DNA of 64,000 bases from Porticoccaceae bacterium (GTDB lineage: Bacteria > Pseudomonadota > Gammaproteobacteria > Pseudomonadales > Porticoccaceae), in the NCBI GenBank assembly GCA_050250395.1, contig JBFWOQ010000006.1, positions 7,231 through 71,230 of the forward strand, given 5' to 3'. Every line of letters begins with the position of its first letter. The first letter of the stretch is position 1. The notes below the pieces were generated by a model. That model was not told the DNA's origin. It did no database searches and worked only from the letters and a program-made list of their open reading frames with translations. The position numbers and the translations under genes were made by a program. Shown here piece after piece: positions 50,848-60,072 of this stretch.

Positions 50848-52038
50848 CTAGAACGCATCCCCCGGCACGCGCACCCAGCCTTCCATCAGCACCCGGGCGC
50901 TGCGGCTCATGATGGCCTTGGTCACGGTCCACTCGCCGTTCACGAGCCTCGCCTCGGCGCCGACCCGCAGGGTGCCGGAGGGGTGTCCGAAACGCACCGC
51001 GCTGCGCTCGCCGCCACCGGCCGCAAGGCTGACCAAGGTGCCGGGAATCGCGGCGGCGGTGCCGATGGCCACGGCGGCGGTGCCCATCATGGCGTGATGC
51101 AGCTTGCCCATCGACATCGCGCGCACCAGCAGGTCGATATCGGCCGCCTTCACCGGCTTGCCGCTCGACGCGGCGTAGTCGGCGGGCTTGGCGACGAAGG
51201 CGATCTTGGGGGTGTGCTGGCGCTTGGCGGCTTCGTCCAGATGTTTGATCAGCCCCATGCGCAGCGCGCCATGGGCGCGGATGGTCTCGAATTTCGCCAG
51301 CGCCTGGGCATCGCCGTTGATGGCGTCCTGCAATTCGGTGCCGGTGTAGCCGATGGCATCTGCATTCACGAAGATGGTCGGGATACCGGCATTGATCATG
51401 GTCGCCTTCAGGACGCCAACGTCCGGTACATCGAGATCGTCGACCAGATTGCCGGTGGGAAACATCGAACCACCCGCGCCCTCCTCGTCCGCCGCCGGGT
51501 CCATGAATTCGAGTTGCACTTCGGCGGCGGGGAAGGTCACGCCATCGAGTTCGAAGTCGCCGGTTTCCTGCACGGCGCCATTGGTCATGGGCACATGAGC
51601 AATGATGCTCTTGGCGATATTGGCCTGCCAGATGCGCAGGGTGCAGATGCCATCTTGCGGAATGCGGCTGGCATCCACCAGGCCGTTAGTGATTGCAAAG
51701 GGGCCGACCGCCGCCGAGAGATTGCCGCAGTTGCCGCTCCAGTCGACAAAGGCGCTATCGATGGAGACCTGTCCGAACAGGTAATCGACATCGTGATCGG
51801 GCCGGCTGCTCTTCGCGAGGATCACCGTCTTGCTGGTGCTGGAGGTCGCGCCACCCATGCCGTCGATCTGCTTGCCGTAGGGGTCCGGGCTGCCGATCAC
51901 GCGCAGCAAGAGTTTGTCGCGGGCTTCCCCCGGCACCTGACAGCGCTCGGGGAGATCCTGCAGGCGGAAGAAGACGCCCTTGCTGGTGCCGCCGCGCATG
52001 TAGGTGGCGGGAATCTTGATCTGTGGAACAGGAGCCAT
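50848..52038 (-). CDS. prpF: 2-methylaconitate cis-trans isomerase PrpF
   Basis: IPATYMRGGTSKGVFF...GGATSSTSK... matches the PrpF family. The gene lies downstream of acnD. Confidence 0.93.
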   Translation of the reverse strand: MAPVPQIKIPATYMRGGTSKGVFFRLQDLPERCQVPGEARDKLLLRVIGSPDPYGKQIDGMGGATSSTSKTVILAKSSRPDHDVDYLFGQVSIDSAFVDWSGNCGNLSAAVGPFAITNGLVDASRIPQDGICTLRIWQANIAKSIIAHVPMTNGAVQETGDFELDGVTFPAAEVQLEFMDPAADEEGAGGSMFPTGNLVDDLDVPDVGVLKATMINAGIPTIFVNADAIGYTGTELQDAINGDAQALAKFETIRAHGALRMGLIKHLDEAAKRQHTPKIAFVAKPADYAASSGKPVKAADIDLLVRAMSMGKLHHAMMGTAAVAIGTAAAIPGTLVSLAAGGGERSAVRFGHPSGTLRVGAEARLVNGEWTVTKAIMSRSARVLMEGWVRVPGDAF

Positions 52039-52050
52039 TGGATGGTTTCC

Positions 52051-52089
52051 TAGCGATGAAACTTAGCGATGAAACTTAGCGATGAAACT
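52051..52089. repeat. 13-bp x3 perfect tandem repeat (tagcgatgaaact) that duplicates the last codons plus the stop of the DUF1971 gene
   Basis: The units are 52051-63, 52064-76 and 52077-89. The stop codon used by the gene (52076-52078) spans the junction of units 2 and 3. Confidence 0.9.
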
Positions 52090-52351
52090 CAACGTAGAAG
52101 CGCACGCCCGGTTCGGGCGCCACCTCATGCAACACCCCGGGCTCGACGATTCCCGGTTGTCCCGGCGTCAGCCGCACTTCTTCGAGCCGAGGCTCCAGAA
52201 TGCGGTAGGTAAGCGCGCCCTCCAGAACCACGATGGTGGCCCAGACGCCAGCCTTGGTGGTGTGTCCGCGCAACAGCCCCGCTGGCACCGAGGTCGCCGT
52301 GAACTCCGGCGTGCGCTGGTAGGGCGCGACATGATCCGGCAGTGTCTTCAT
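52076..52351 (-). CDS. DUF1971-domain protein (TehB C-terminal-like / YeaR-like), 91 aa
   Basis: TPEFTATSVPAGLLRGHTTKAGVWATIVVLEGALTYRI...PGVLHEV matches the DUF1971 pattern. Confidence 0.7.
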   Translation of the reverse strand: MKTLPDHVAPYQRTPEFTATSVPAGLLRGHTTKAGVWATIVVLEGALTYRILEPRLEEVRLTPGQPGIVEPGVLHEVAPEPGVRFYVEFHR

Positions 52352-52368
52352 GGTTACGAATCCCTGGC

Positions 52369-54975
52369 TCAGGCAACCTTGTTCGACGCCAGAAAATCCT
52401 GTGCAAACCGTTGCAGCACGCCGCCGGCCTCGTAGATCGACACCTCTTCGGCGGTGTCGAGCCGACAGGTCATCGGCACTTCGACGCGCTCGCCAGTTTT
52501 GCGGTGGATCACGAGGGTGAGGTCCGCACGCGGTTTGCGCTCACCGATGACGTCGAAGGTTTCGGTGCCGTCGATGTTCAGCGTCTTGCGATTGACGCCC
52601 GACTTGAATTCCAGCGGCAGCACGCCCATGCCGATGAGGTTGGTGCGGTGGATGCGCTCGAAGCCTTCGGCCGCGATCGCTTCGACGCCGGCCAGTCGCA
52701 CGCCTTTCGCCGCCCAGTCGCGCGACGATCCCTGTCCGTAGTCGGCGCCGGCGACGATGATCAGCGGCTGTTTGCGCTTCATGTAGGTCTCGATCGCCTC
52801 CCACATGCGCACCACCTTGCCCTCGGGCTCGATGCGCGCCAGCGAACCTCTCTTCACCTTGCCGTCCACCACCGCCATCTCGTTGAGCAGTTGCGGGTTG
52901 GCGAAGGTGGCGCGCTGGGCGGTGAGGTGATCGCCACGGTGGGTCGCGTAGGAGTTGAAGTCCTCCTCCGGCAGGCCCATCTTGGCGAGGTATTCCCCGG
53001 CCGCGCTGTTGGCCATGATCGCGTTCGACGGCGACAGGTGGTCGGTGGTGATGTTGTCCGGCAGCACCGCCAGCGGCCGCATGCCCCTGAGTGTGCGTTC
53101 GCCGCCCAGGGCGCCTTCGCCCTCCTTGTCCCAGTAGGGCGGGCGGCGGATGTAGGTGCTCCGTGGTCGCCAGTCGTAGAGTGGGCTGATCCGCGCGCTG
53201 GTCTCGTCCTTGTGCTCGAACATCGGGATATAGACTTGACGGAACTGCTCCGGCTTCACGCTGGCCTTGACGATGGCGTCGATCTCTTCGTCCGTCGGCC
53301 AGAGATCCTTGAGCAGGATCGGCTTGCCGTTGGCGTCGGTTCCGAACGCATCCTTCTCGATATCGAAGCGGATGGTGCCGGCGATGGCATAGGCCACCAC
53401 CAGCGGCGGCGAGGCCAGAAAGGCCTGCTTGGCGTAGGGGTGGATGCGGCCGTCGAAGTTGCGGTTGCCGGAGAGCACGGCGGTGGCGTACAGATCGCGG
53501 TCGATGATCTCCTGCTGGATTTTCGGGTCCAGCGCGCCGGACATGCCGTTGCAGGTGGTGCAGGCAAAGCCCACGATGCCGAAACCGAGCTTTTCCAGTT
53601 CGGAGGTGAGACCGGCTTCGTCGAGGTAGAGCGCGACTGTCTTGGAACCCGGCGCCAGCGAGCTCTTGACCCAGGGCTTGCGGGTGAGGCCCAACCGGTT
53701 GGCGTTGCGCGCCAGCAGTCCGGCGGCGATGACATTGCGCGGGTTGCTGGTGTTGGTGCAACTGGTGATGGCGGCGATGATCACCGCGCCGTCCGGCATC
53801 TTGCCGGGCTCGTTTTCCACCACACCACTGATGCCCTTGGCGGCGAGATCGCTGGTCGAGACCCGCGCGTGGGGGTTCGATGGGCCGGCTATCGTGCGCA
53901 CCACGCTCGACAGGTCGAACTTCAGCACCCGCTCGTACTCGGCGCTCTTGAGGCTGTCGGACCAGAGGCCGGCGGTCTTGGCGTAAATCTCCACCAATTT
54001 CACCTGCGCATCGTCACGCCCGGTCAGCGTCAGATAGTCGAGGGTCTGCTGGTCTATGGCGAACATCGCCGCGGTGGCGCCATATTCCGGCGCCATGTTG
54101 GAGATGGTCGCGCGGTCGCCGAGCGTCAGCGCGCTGGCGCCCGCTCCGTAAAACTCCAGATAGGCCGACACCACCTTCGACTGGCGCAGGAACTCGGTCA
54201 GCGCCAGCACGACGTCGGTGGCGGTAATGCCCGGCTGGGGTTTGCCGCTCAGCTCGACGCCGACGATCTCCGGCAGGCGCATCCAGGAGGCGCGGCCCAG
54301 CATCACATTCTCGGCTTCGAGACCGCCGACACCGATGGCAATGACGCCCAGCGCATCGACGTGAGGAGTGTGGCTGTCGGTGCCGACCAGCGTATCGGGG
54401 AAGGCAACGCCATCCTGCGCGTGGATCACCGGCGACATCTTCTCCAGATTGATCTGGTGCATGATGCCGTTGCCGGGCGGAATCACCTCGACGTTCTCGA
54501 ACGCCTGCTTGGTCCAGTTGATGAAGTGGAAGCGGTCCTCGTTGCGGCGATCCTCGATGGCGCGGTTCTTGGCGAAGGCATCGGGATCGAAGCCACCGCA
54601 CTCGACCGCCAGCGAGTGATCGACGATCAATTGCACCGGCACCACCGGGTTGACCTTGGCCGGATCGCCGCCCATGTCGGCGATCGCATCGCGCAGACCG
54701 GCGAGATCGACCAGCGCGGTCTGGCCGAGGATGTCGTGGCACACCACGCGCGCCGGATACCAGGGAAAGTCGAGATCGCGTCGGCGCTCGATGAGCTGCC
54801 GGAGGGCGTCGGTCAAGAGCGCCGGATCGCAGCGGCGCACCAGATTCTCGGCGTGCACACGGGAGGTGTAGGGCAGCTTGGCGTAGGCGCCGGGCTGGAT
54901 GGCCTCGACCGCCGCGCGGGCGTCGAAGTAGTCCAGTTGGGTACCGGGAAGCGGTTTGCGGAAGGCTGTGTTCAT
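52369..54975 (-). CDS. acnD: Fe/S-dependent 2-methylisocitrate dehydratase AcnD (aconitase family)
   Basis: It is 868 aa with aconitase motifs (GTDSHTP, ITSCTNTSNP, CTTCNGMSG). It sits between prpC and prpF. Confidence 0.93.
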   Translation of the reverse strand: MNTAFRKPLPGTQLDYFDARAAVEAIQPGAYAKLPYTSRVHAENLVRRCDPALLTDALRQLIERRRDLDFPWYPARVVCHDILGQTALVDLAGLRDAIADMGGDPAKVNPVVPVQLIVDHSLAVECGGFDPDAFAKNRAIEDRRNEDRFHFINWTKQAFENVEVIPPGNGIMHQINLEKMSPVIHAQDGVAFPDTLVGTDSHTPHVDALGVIAIGVGGLEAENVMLGRASWMRLPEIVGVELSGKPQPGITATDVVLALTEFLRQSKVVSAYLEFYGAGASALTLGDRATISNMAPEYGATAAMFAIDQQTLDYLTLTGRDDAQVKLVEIYAKTAGLWSDSLKSAEYERVLKFDLSSVVRTIAGPSNPHARVSTSDLAAKGISGVVENEPGKMPDGAVIIAAITSCTNTSNPRNVIAAGLLARNANRLGLTRKPWVKSSLAPGSKTVALYLDEAGLTSELEKLGFGIVGFACTTCNGMSGALDPKIQQEIIDRDLYATAVLSGNRNFDGRIHPYAKQAFLASPPLVVAYAIAGTIRFDIEKDAFGTDANGKPILLKDLWPTDEEIDAIVKASVKPEQFRQVYIPMFEHKDETSARISPLYDWRPRSTYIRRPPYWDKEGEGALGGERTLRGMRPLAVLPDNITTDHLSPSNAIMANSAAGEYLAKMGLPEEDFNSYATHRGDHLTAQRATFANPQLLNEMAVVDGKVKRGSLARIEPEGKVVRMWEAIETYMKRKQPLIIVAGADYGQGSSRDWAAKGVRLAGVEAIAAEGFERIHRTNLIGMGVLPLEFKSGVNRKTLNIDGTETFDVIGERKPRADLTLVIHRKTGERVEVPMTCRLDTAEEVSIYEAGGVLQRFAQDFLASNKVA

Positions 54976-55137
54976 GGGGTCGGGAATTGTCCGGTAGGGT
55001 TCAGGGAAAGCACCGTCGGCTCATAAAGTGCGCGCCGTTCTGCGGCTTGCAACAACGATCTGGTGGCACAAGTCGGCAAAATAAAGAGCCTCCGGCCGCG
55101 CCGACGGAAATCCACCGGGGCAGCCGGGACCGGAATA

Positions 55138-56268
55138 TCAGCCCCGCTGATCGATGGGCACGACCTTGCGCGGGTCTTCACCGACATATTCGGCGCTCGG
55201 ACGAATGATGCGGTTGTCGGCGCGTTGTTCCATGACATGGGCCGCCCAGCCGGTGAGCCGCGACATCACGAAGATGGGCGTGAACAGCTTGGTGGGGATG
55301 CCCATGAAATGGTAGGCGGACGCATGAAAGAAATCCGCATTGCAGAACAGTTTCTTCTCGCGCCACATCACCGCTTCGCAACGCACCGAGACCGGGTAGA
55401 GCACGGTATCGCCCACATCCGCGCTCAGCTTCTCGGCCCATTGCTTGATGATGGCGTTGCGCGGATCGGATTCGGCGTAGATCGCATGGCCAAAGCCCAT
55501 GATCTTGTCCTTGCGCGCCAGCATGCCCAGCATCTCCTGTTCGGCATGATCGGGGCTGGTGAATTTTTCGATCATCTCCATGGCCGCTTCGTTGGCGCCG
55601 CCGTGGAGCGGCCCGCGCAGACTGCCGATCGCGCCGGTCACACAGGAGTGCATGTCCGACAGGGTGGAGGCGCAGACGCGGGCGGTGAAGGTGGATGCAT
55701 TGAACTCGTGCTCGGCGTACAGGATGAGCGACACATTCATTACCCGCTCGTGCAGCGCATTGGGTTTGCCGCCGCGCAGCATGTGCAGAAAGTGGGCGCC
55801 GACGGAGTCGTCGTCGGTCTCGGTGTCGATGCGCAGATTGTCGTGGCTGAAGCGGTACCAGTAGCAGATGATCGACGGAAACACCGCCAGCATGCGGTCG
55901 GTGGCGTCCTGCTGTTGCGAGAAGTCCGCTTCGGGCTCGATGTTGCCCAGAAAGGAGCAGCCGGTGCGCAGCACGTCCATGGGGTGCGCGGTGGCGGGAA
56001 CACGCTCCAGAACTTCTTTCAAAGCTTTTGGAAGTCCTCGCAACCCTTTGAGTTTATTCTTGTAGGTCGCCAATTCTGCACTATTGGGCAGATGACCCTT
56101 GAGGATCAGGTGGGCCACTTCCTCGAACTGGCAGTGCTCCGCCAGATCCTTGATGTCGTAGCCCCGGTAGGTCAACCCGGAGCCGGTCTTGCCGACGGTG
56201 GACAGTGCGGTCTTGCCGGCGATCTGGCCGCGCAGGCCGGCGCCCTCTAGCTTCTTCGCCATTGCCAT
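55138..56268 (-). CDS. prpC: 2-methylcitrate synthase
   Basis: It belongs to the citrate synthase family (LILYAEHEFNASTF, GPLHGGANE, GFGHAIY) and lies in prp context. Confidence 0.95.
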   Translation of the reverse strand: MAMAKKLEGAGLRGQIAGKTALSTVGKTGSGLTYRGYDIKDLAEHCQFEEVAHLILKGHLPNSAELATYKNKLKGLRGLPKALKEVLERVPATAHPMDVLRTGCSFLGNIEPEADFSQQQDATDRMLAVFPSIICYWYRFSHDNLRIDTETDDDSVGAHFLHMLRGGKPNALHERVMNVSLILYAEHEFNASTFTARVCASTLSDMHSCVTGAIGSLRGPLHGGANEAAMEMIEKFTSPDHAEQEMLGMLARKDKIMGFGHAIYAESDPRNAIIKQWAEKLSADVGDTVLYPVSVRCEAVMWREKKLFCNADFFHASAYHFMGIPTKLFTPIFVMSRLTGWAAHVMEQRADNRIIRPSAEYVGEDPRKVVPIDQRG

Positions 56269-56312
56269 TGCTGATGTCCTCTCTGGTACTGATGTAGGCG
56301 GCAGCGCGCCCG

Positions 56313-57203
56313 TTACTGATTCTTGCCCTGGGAAAACAGGGAGTCGAGTTTCTCTTCGTAGGCGTGGTAATCAAGATAATCATAGAGTTCCATGCGTGTC
56401 TGCATAAGCTCCACCACATCCTTCTGATCGCCGCGTTCGAGGATATTGCGATACACCGTCTCCGCGGCGCGATTCATGGCGCGAAACGCCGACAGCGGAT
56501 ACAACACCAGATCGACACCCCAGGCGCCCAGTTCGGCGCGGTTGTAGAGCGGCGTCTGGCCGAATTCGGTGATGTTCGCGAGCAGGGGTACGTCGATGGC
56601 GGCCGCAAACGCCCGGTAGTGCGCTTCTTCGGTGATCGCCTCGGCGAAGATGCCGTCGGCGCCGGCGGCGACACAGGCCTGCGCCCGTTCGATGGCGCGC
56701 TCCAGACCTTCCTGCGCAAAGGCATCGGTGCGGGCCATGATGAAGAAATCCGCATCGGTGCGGGCGTCCACCGCTGCCTTGACGCGATCCACCATCTCCT
56801 CCGGAGACACGATTTCCTTGTTCGGGCGATGCCCGCAGCGCTTTTGCGCCACCTGGTCCTCGAGATGCACCGCCGCCGCGCCGGCACGAATCATCTCCCG
56901 GATGGTACGGGCGATATTGAAGGCGCCGCCCCAGCCGGTGTCGATATCCACCAGCAAGGGCAGCGCGCTGGCCGCCGTGATGCGGCGGACATCCTCGGTG
57001 ACATCGTTGAGGGAGGTCATGCCCAGATCGGGCAGTCCGTAGGACGCATTGGCGACCCCGGCTCCGGATAGATAGATGGCGTGATGGCCGATCTGCTCGG
57101 CCATCATCGCGGTATAGGCATTGATGGTGCCCACCACGGGGAGCGGGCGGTGCTGCGCAATGGCGCGACGAAAGCGCGCGCCGGGAGAAACCGTCTGAGT
57201 CAT
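56313..57203 (-). CDS. prpB: Methylisocitrate lyase
   Basis: [27 protein letters not shown]...[12 protein letters not shown] (the KRCGH motif) identifies PrpB. The ATG at 57203 gives 296 aa. The 145-aa upstream extension in the ORF track runs through a noncoding tandem repeat. Confidence 0.93.
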   Translation of the reverse strand: MTQTVSPGARFRRAIAQHRPLPVVGTINAYTAMMAEQIGHHAIYLSGAGVANASYGLPDLGMTSLNDVTEDVRRITAASALPLLVDIDTGWGGAFNIARTIREMIRAGAAAVHLEDQVAQKRCGHRPNKEIVSPEEMVDRVKAAVDARTDADFFIMARTDAFAQEGLERAIERAQACVAAGADGIFAEAITEEAHYRAFAAAIDVPLLANITEFGQTPLYNRAELGAWGVDLVLYPLSAFRAMNRAAETVYRNILERGDQKDVVELMQTRMELYDYLDYHAYEEKLDSLFSQGKNQ

Positions 57204-57320
57204 GATTGGTCGCCTTGTCACCTCGGCGGCACCGGCCCTGACGAGCCCGCCCCGCTGAGTCTGCTCTGCTGATACACCCGGCACCGCTGGCCAGTCAATG
57301 CCATCGCGCCCACTTTGGTT

Positions 57321-57380
57321 AGCGCCGACAGCAGCGCCGACAGCAGCGCCGACAGTGGCGCCGACTGTAGCGGCCGCGGA
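57321..57380. repeat. 12-bp tandem repeat, about 5 units (agcgccgacagc x2, agcgccgacagt, ggcgccgactgt, agcggccgcgga)
   Basis: Read directly from the sequence in the prpB/hslV divergent intergenic region. Confidence 0.85.
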
Positions 57381-57463
57381 CAGAGTGCCGCCGGACGCGG
57401 GTTGCCGTTCGGGGCCCGTAATTTTGCCACTAAAGTGACCGCCGCGCGACCGCAGGGCGGGCG

Positions 57464-57493
57464 CATTGAATTCTCGCCCGCGCGCCCCAACAT
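57464..57493 (+). promoter_or_regulatory. Candidate sigma32 heat-shock promoter of hslVU (cATTGAAT-13 nt-CCCCAACAT)
   Basis: It matches the sigma32 consensus CTTGAAA-N13/14-CCCCATNT and lies about 30 nt upstream of the hslV GTG. hslVU is a classical sigma32 regulon member. Confidence 0.55.
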
Positions 57494-57522
57494 CCGCCGG
57501 TTGAGCCAGGAGACATCCAGCA

Positions 57523-58089
57523 GTGGAACAATATCGCGGCACCACCATTCTGTCCGTGCGGCGCAACGGCCAGGTCGCCATCGGCGGCGACGGCCAGGTC
57601 ACCCTCGGCAACACCGTCATGAAAGGCAATGCCCGCAAGGTGCGCCGCCTTCACAACGGCAAGGTTATCGCGGGTTTTGCCGGCGGCACCGCCGACGCCT
57701 TCACCCTCTTCGAACGCTTCGAGGCCAAGCTGCAGGAACACCGGGGCAACCTGGTGCGCGCCGCCGTGGAACTCGCCCGCGACTGGCGCAGCGATCGCGC
57801 GCTGCGGCGCCTCGAAGCCCTGCTCGCCGTGGCGGATCGCGAGGCCTCGCTGATCATCACCGGCAACGGCGACGTGATCGAGCCGGAAGACAACCTGATC
57901 GCCATCGGTTCCGGCGGGCCCTTTGCCCAGGCTGCCGCGCGGGCGCTGCTCGATAACACCGAACTGGGCGCCCGCGAGATCGTCGAGCGCGGCCTGCAGA
58001 TCGCCGCCGACATCTGCATCTATACCAATCACCATCGCACCATCGAGACGCTGGACATCGACGCCGCGCCCGCCGCACGCCAGCCCTGA
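57523..58089 (+). CDS. hslV: ATP-dependent protease subunit HslV
   Basis: [43 protein letters not shown] matches HslV. The GTG start has AGGAGA upstream. Confidence 0.95.
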   Translation: MEQYRGTTILSVRRNGQVAIGGDGQVTLGNTVMKGNARKVRRLHNGKVIAGFAGGTADAFTLFERFEAKLQEHRGNLVRAAVELARDWRSDRALRRLEALLAVADREASLIITGNGDVIEPEDNLIAIGSGGPFAQAAARALLDNTELGAREIVERGLQIAADICIYTNHHRTIETLDIDAAPAARQP

Positions 58090-58104
58090 GACCAGCCCAG
58101 AGAA

Positions 58105-59445
58105 ATGTCCATGTCCGAAATGACCCCCCGCGAAATCGTCCACGAACTGGACCGCCACATCGTCGGCCAGGGCACCGCCAAGCGCGCCGTCGCCATCGCG
58201 CTGCGCAACCGCTGGCGGCGCATGCAGGTGAATGCCGAGCTGCGCGCCGAGATCACGCCCAAGAACATCCTGATGATCGGCCCCACCGGCGTCGGCAAGA
58301 CCGAGATCGCGCGGCGGCTGGCCAAGCTCGCCAACGCCCCTTTCATCAAGGTCGAAGCCACCAAGTTCACCGAGGTGGGCTATGTGGGCCGGGATGTGGA
58401 ATCCATCGTGCGCGACCTCGCGGAAACCGCCGTGAAGCTGCTGCGCGAACAGGAGATGGTCCGAGTCGAGCCGCGCGCCCGCGACGCCGCCGAGGAACGC
58501 ATTCTCGACGCGCTGCTGACGCCGGCGCGCGATGCCGAACCCGCGGCCGCGGAGCCTCGGGATTCCGGTACCCGCCAGCTGTTTCGCAAGAAACTGCGCG
58601 AGGGCGATCTCGACGACCGCGAGATCGAAATCGAAGTGAGCGCCACGCCCGTGGGCGTCGAAATCATGGCGCCGCCCGGCATGGAAGAAATGACCAACCA
58701 ATTGCAGGGCCTGTTCGCCAACATGGGTAGCGGGCGCACCAAGCGCCGCCGGCTCCCGGTCGCCAAGGCGCTCAGGCTGCTTACCGACGAGGAAGCCGGC
58801 AAGCTGGTCAACGACGACGACATCAAGGCCCGCGCGCTGGCCAACGCCGAGCAGAACGGCATCGTGTTCATCGACGAAATCGACAAGGTGGCACGGCGCG
58901 GCGAAGTCTCCGGCTCCGATGTATCGCGCGAGGGCGTGCAGCGCGATCTGCTGCCGCTGATCGAGGGCTGCACCGTCTCCACCAAGTTCGGCATGATCCG
59001 CACCGACCACATCCTGTTCATCGCCTCCGGTGCGTTTCACTTTTCGAAACCCTCGGACCTGATCCCGGAACTCCAGGGCCGCCTGCCGATCCGCGTCGAA
59101 CTCGAATCCCTCACCGCCGAGGATTTTGGCCGTATCCTCACCGAACCCCATGCGTCGCTCACCGAACAGTACCGGGAGCTGCTGGCCACCGAAGGTCTCA
59201 ACGTCGAATTCACCGCGGACGGCATCCGCCGTATCGCCGAGATCGCCTTCGAGGTCAACGAGCGCACCGAGAATATCGGCGCGCGACGGCTCCACACGGT
59301 GATGGAACGCCTGGTCGAAGAGCTCTCGTTCGACGCGGGTGACCTGGCGTCGCAAAACGCCCACCCGATCATCGACGCCACCTTTGTCGACGACCACCTC
59401 GCCGCCCTGGCACGCGACCAGGATCTGTCGCGCTTCATCCTGTGA
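58105..59445 (+). CDS. hslU: ATP-dependent protease ATPase subunit HslU
   Basis: [17 protein letters not shown]...[19 protein letters not shown]...[10 protein letters not shown] matches HslU. Confidence 0.97.
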   Translation: MSMSEMTPREIVHELDRHIVGQGTAKRAVAIALRNRWRRMQVNAELRAEITPKNILMIGPTGVGKTEIARRLAKLANAPFIKVEATKFTEVGYVGRDVESIVRDLAETAVKLLREQEMVRVEPRARDAAEERILDALLTPARDAEPAAAEPRDSGTRQLFRKKLREGDLDDREIEIEVSATPVGVEIMAPPGMEEMTNQLQGLFANMGSGRTKRRRLPVAKALRLLTDEEAGKLVNDDDIKARALANAEQNGIVFIDEIDKVARRGEVSGSDVSREGVQRDLLPLIEGCTVSTKFGMIRTDHILFIASGAFHFSKPSDLIPELQGRLPIRVELESLTAEDFGRILTEPHASLTEQYRELLATEGLNVEFTADGIRRIAEIAFEVNERTENIGARRLHTVMERLVEELSFDAGDLASQNAHPIIDATFVDDHLAALARDQDLSRFIL

Positions 59446-59470
59446 CCCGTATCGCCGGTACCCTGCCGTT

Positions 59471-59857
59471 ATGACTCCACAACGCGTACGTCTCGACAAA
59501 GCCACCGGCAGTCTCGAACTGCACTATGCCGACGGCGTCATCGCGCTGCTGTCCGGCGAGTACCTGCGCGTCCATTCGCCCAGCGCCGAAGTGCGCGGGC
59601 ACGGCCCCGGCGAGGAAGTGCTCCAGTACGGCAAGAAGAACGTGAAGGTTGCGCATATCGAAGCGTCCGGCCACTACGCCCTGCACCTGCATTTCGACGA
59701 CGGCCATAACACCGGCATCTACAGCTGGGAATATCTGCGCCAGCTCTGGGACAACCGCGAACACACCTGGCAGGAATACCTGAACAAACTCCACCGTGCG
59801 GGCCGCAGCCGCGACCCGGAAGTTCAGGTGGTGCGGTTTGTTACACCGGGGGAATAA
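59471..59857 (+). CDS. DUF971-domain protein (gamma-butyrobetaine hydroxylase N-terminal-like)
   Basis: LELHYADGVIALLSGEYLRVHSPSAEV...GHYALHLHFDDGHNTGIYSWEYL matches DUF971. It occupies the conserved position after hslU. Confidence 0.8.
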   Translation: MTPQRVRLDKATGSLELHYADGVIALLSGEYLRVHSPSAEVRGHGPGEEVLQYGKKNVKVAHIEASGHYALHLHFDDGHNTGIYSWEYLRQLWDNREHTWQEYLNKLHRAGRSRDPEVQVVRFVTPGE

Positions 59858-60036
59858 GGTAGCTCTTCGCCCGACGCCATCGTGATTCGCGATACCGACC
59901 GCAGGGCAATCCGCACCTGCCAGCCAGCGATCCGCTTGGGTCCGCTCCAAAAATCACCGCTACAATGTCCCGCGCATGGAACGGCGATCCGCCGCTCCCG
60001 CACCGGCTGAGCCTTCGGTATCCCGCTATCCTGGGA

Positions 60037-60072
60037 CCACCGCCCTGGAGCCACCGCCCTGGAACTACCGCC
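60037..60072 (+). repeat. 14-bp tandem repeat x2.6 (ccaccgccctggaG / ccaccgccctggaA / ctaccgcc) abutting the ATG at 60073
   Basis: Read directly from the sequence. Confidence 0.85.

Noticed and set aside
55064-55078. A sigma54-like TGGCAC-N5-GGCA element in the prpC-acnD gap.
   Set aside because: The GG-to-GC spacing is one base short of the -24/-12 consensus, and the element is on the plus strand while all neighbouring genes are on the minus strand.
52051-60072. Whether the short tandem repeats (13 bp x3, 12 bp x5, 14 bp x2.6) could be CRISPR arrays.
   Set aside because: The units are directly adjacent with no spacers, are far shorter than CRISPR repeats, and no cas genes are present.
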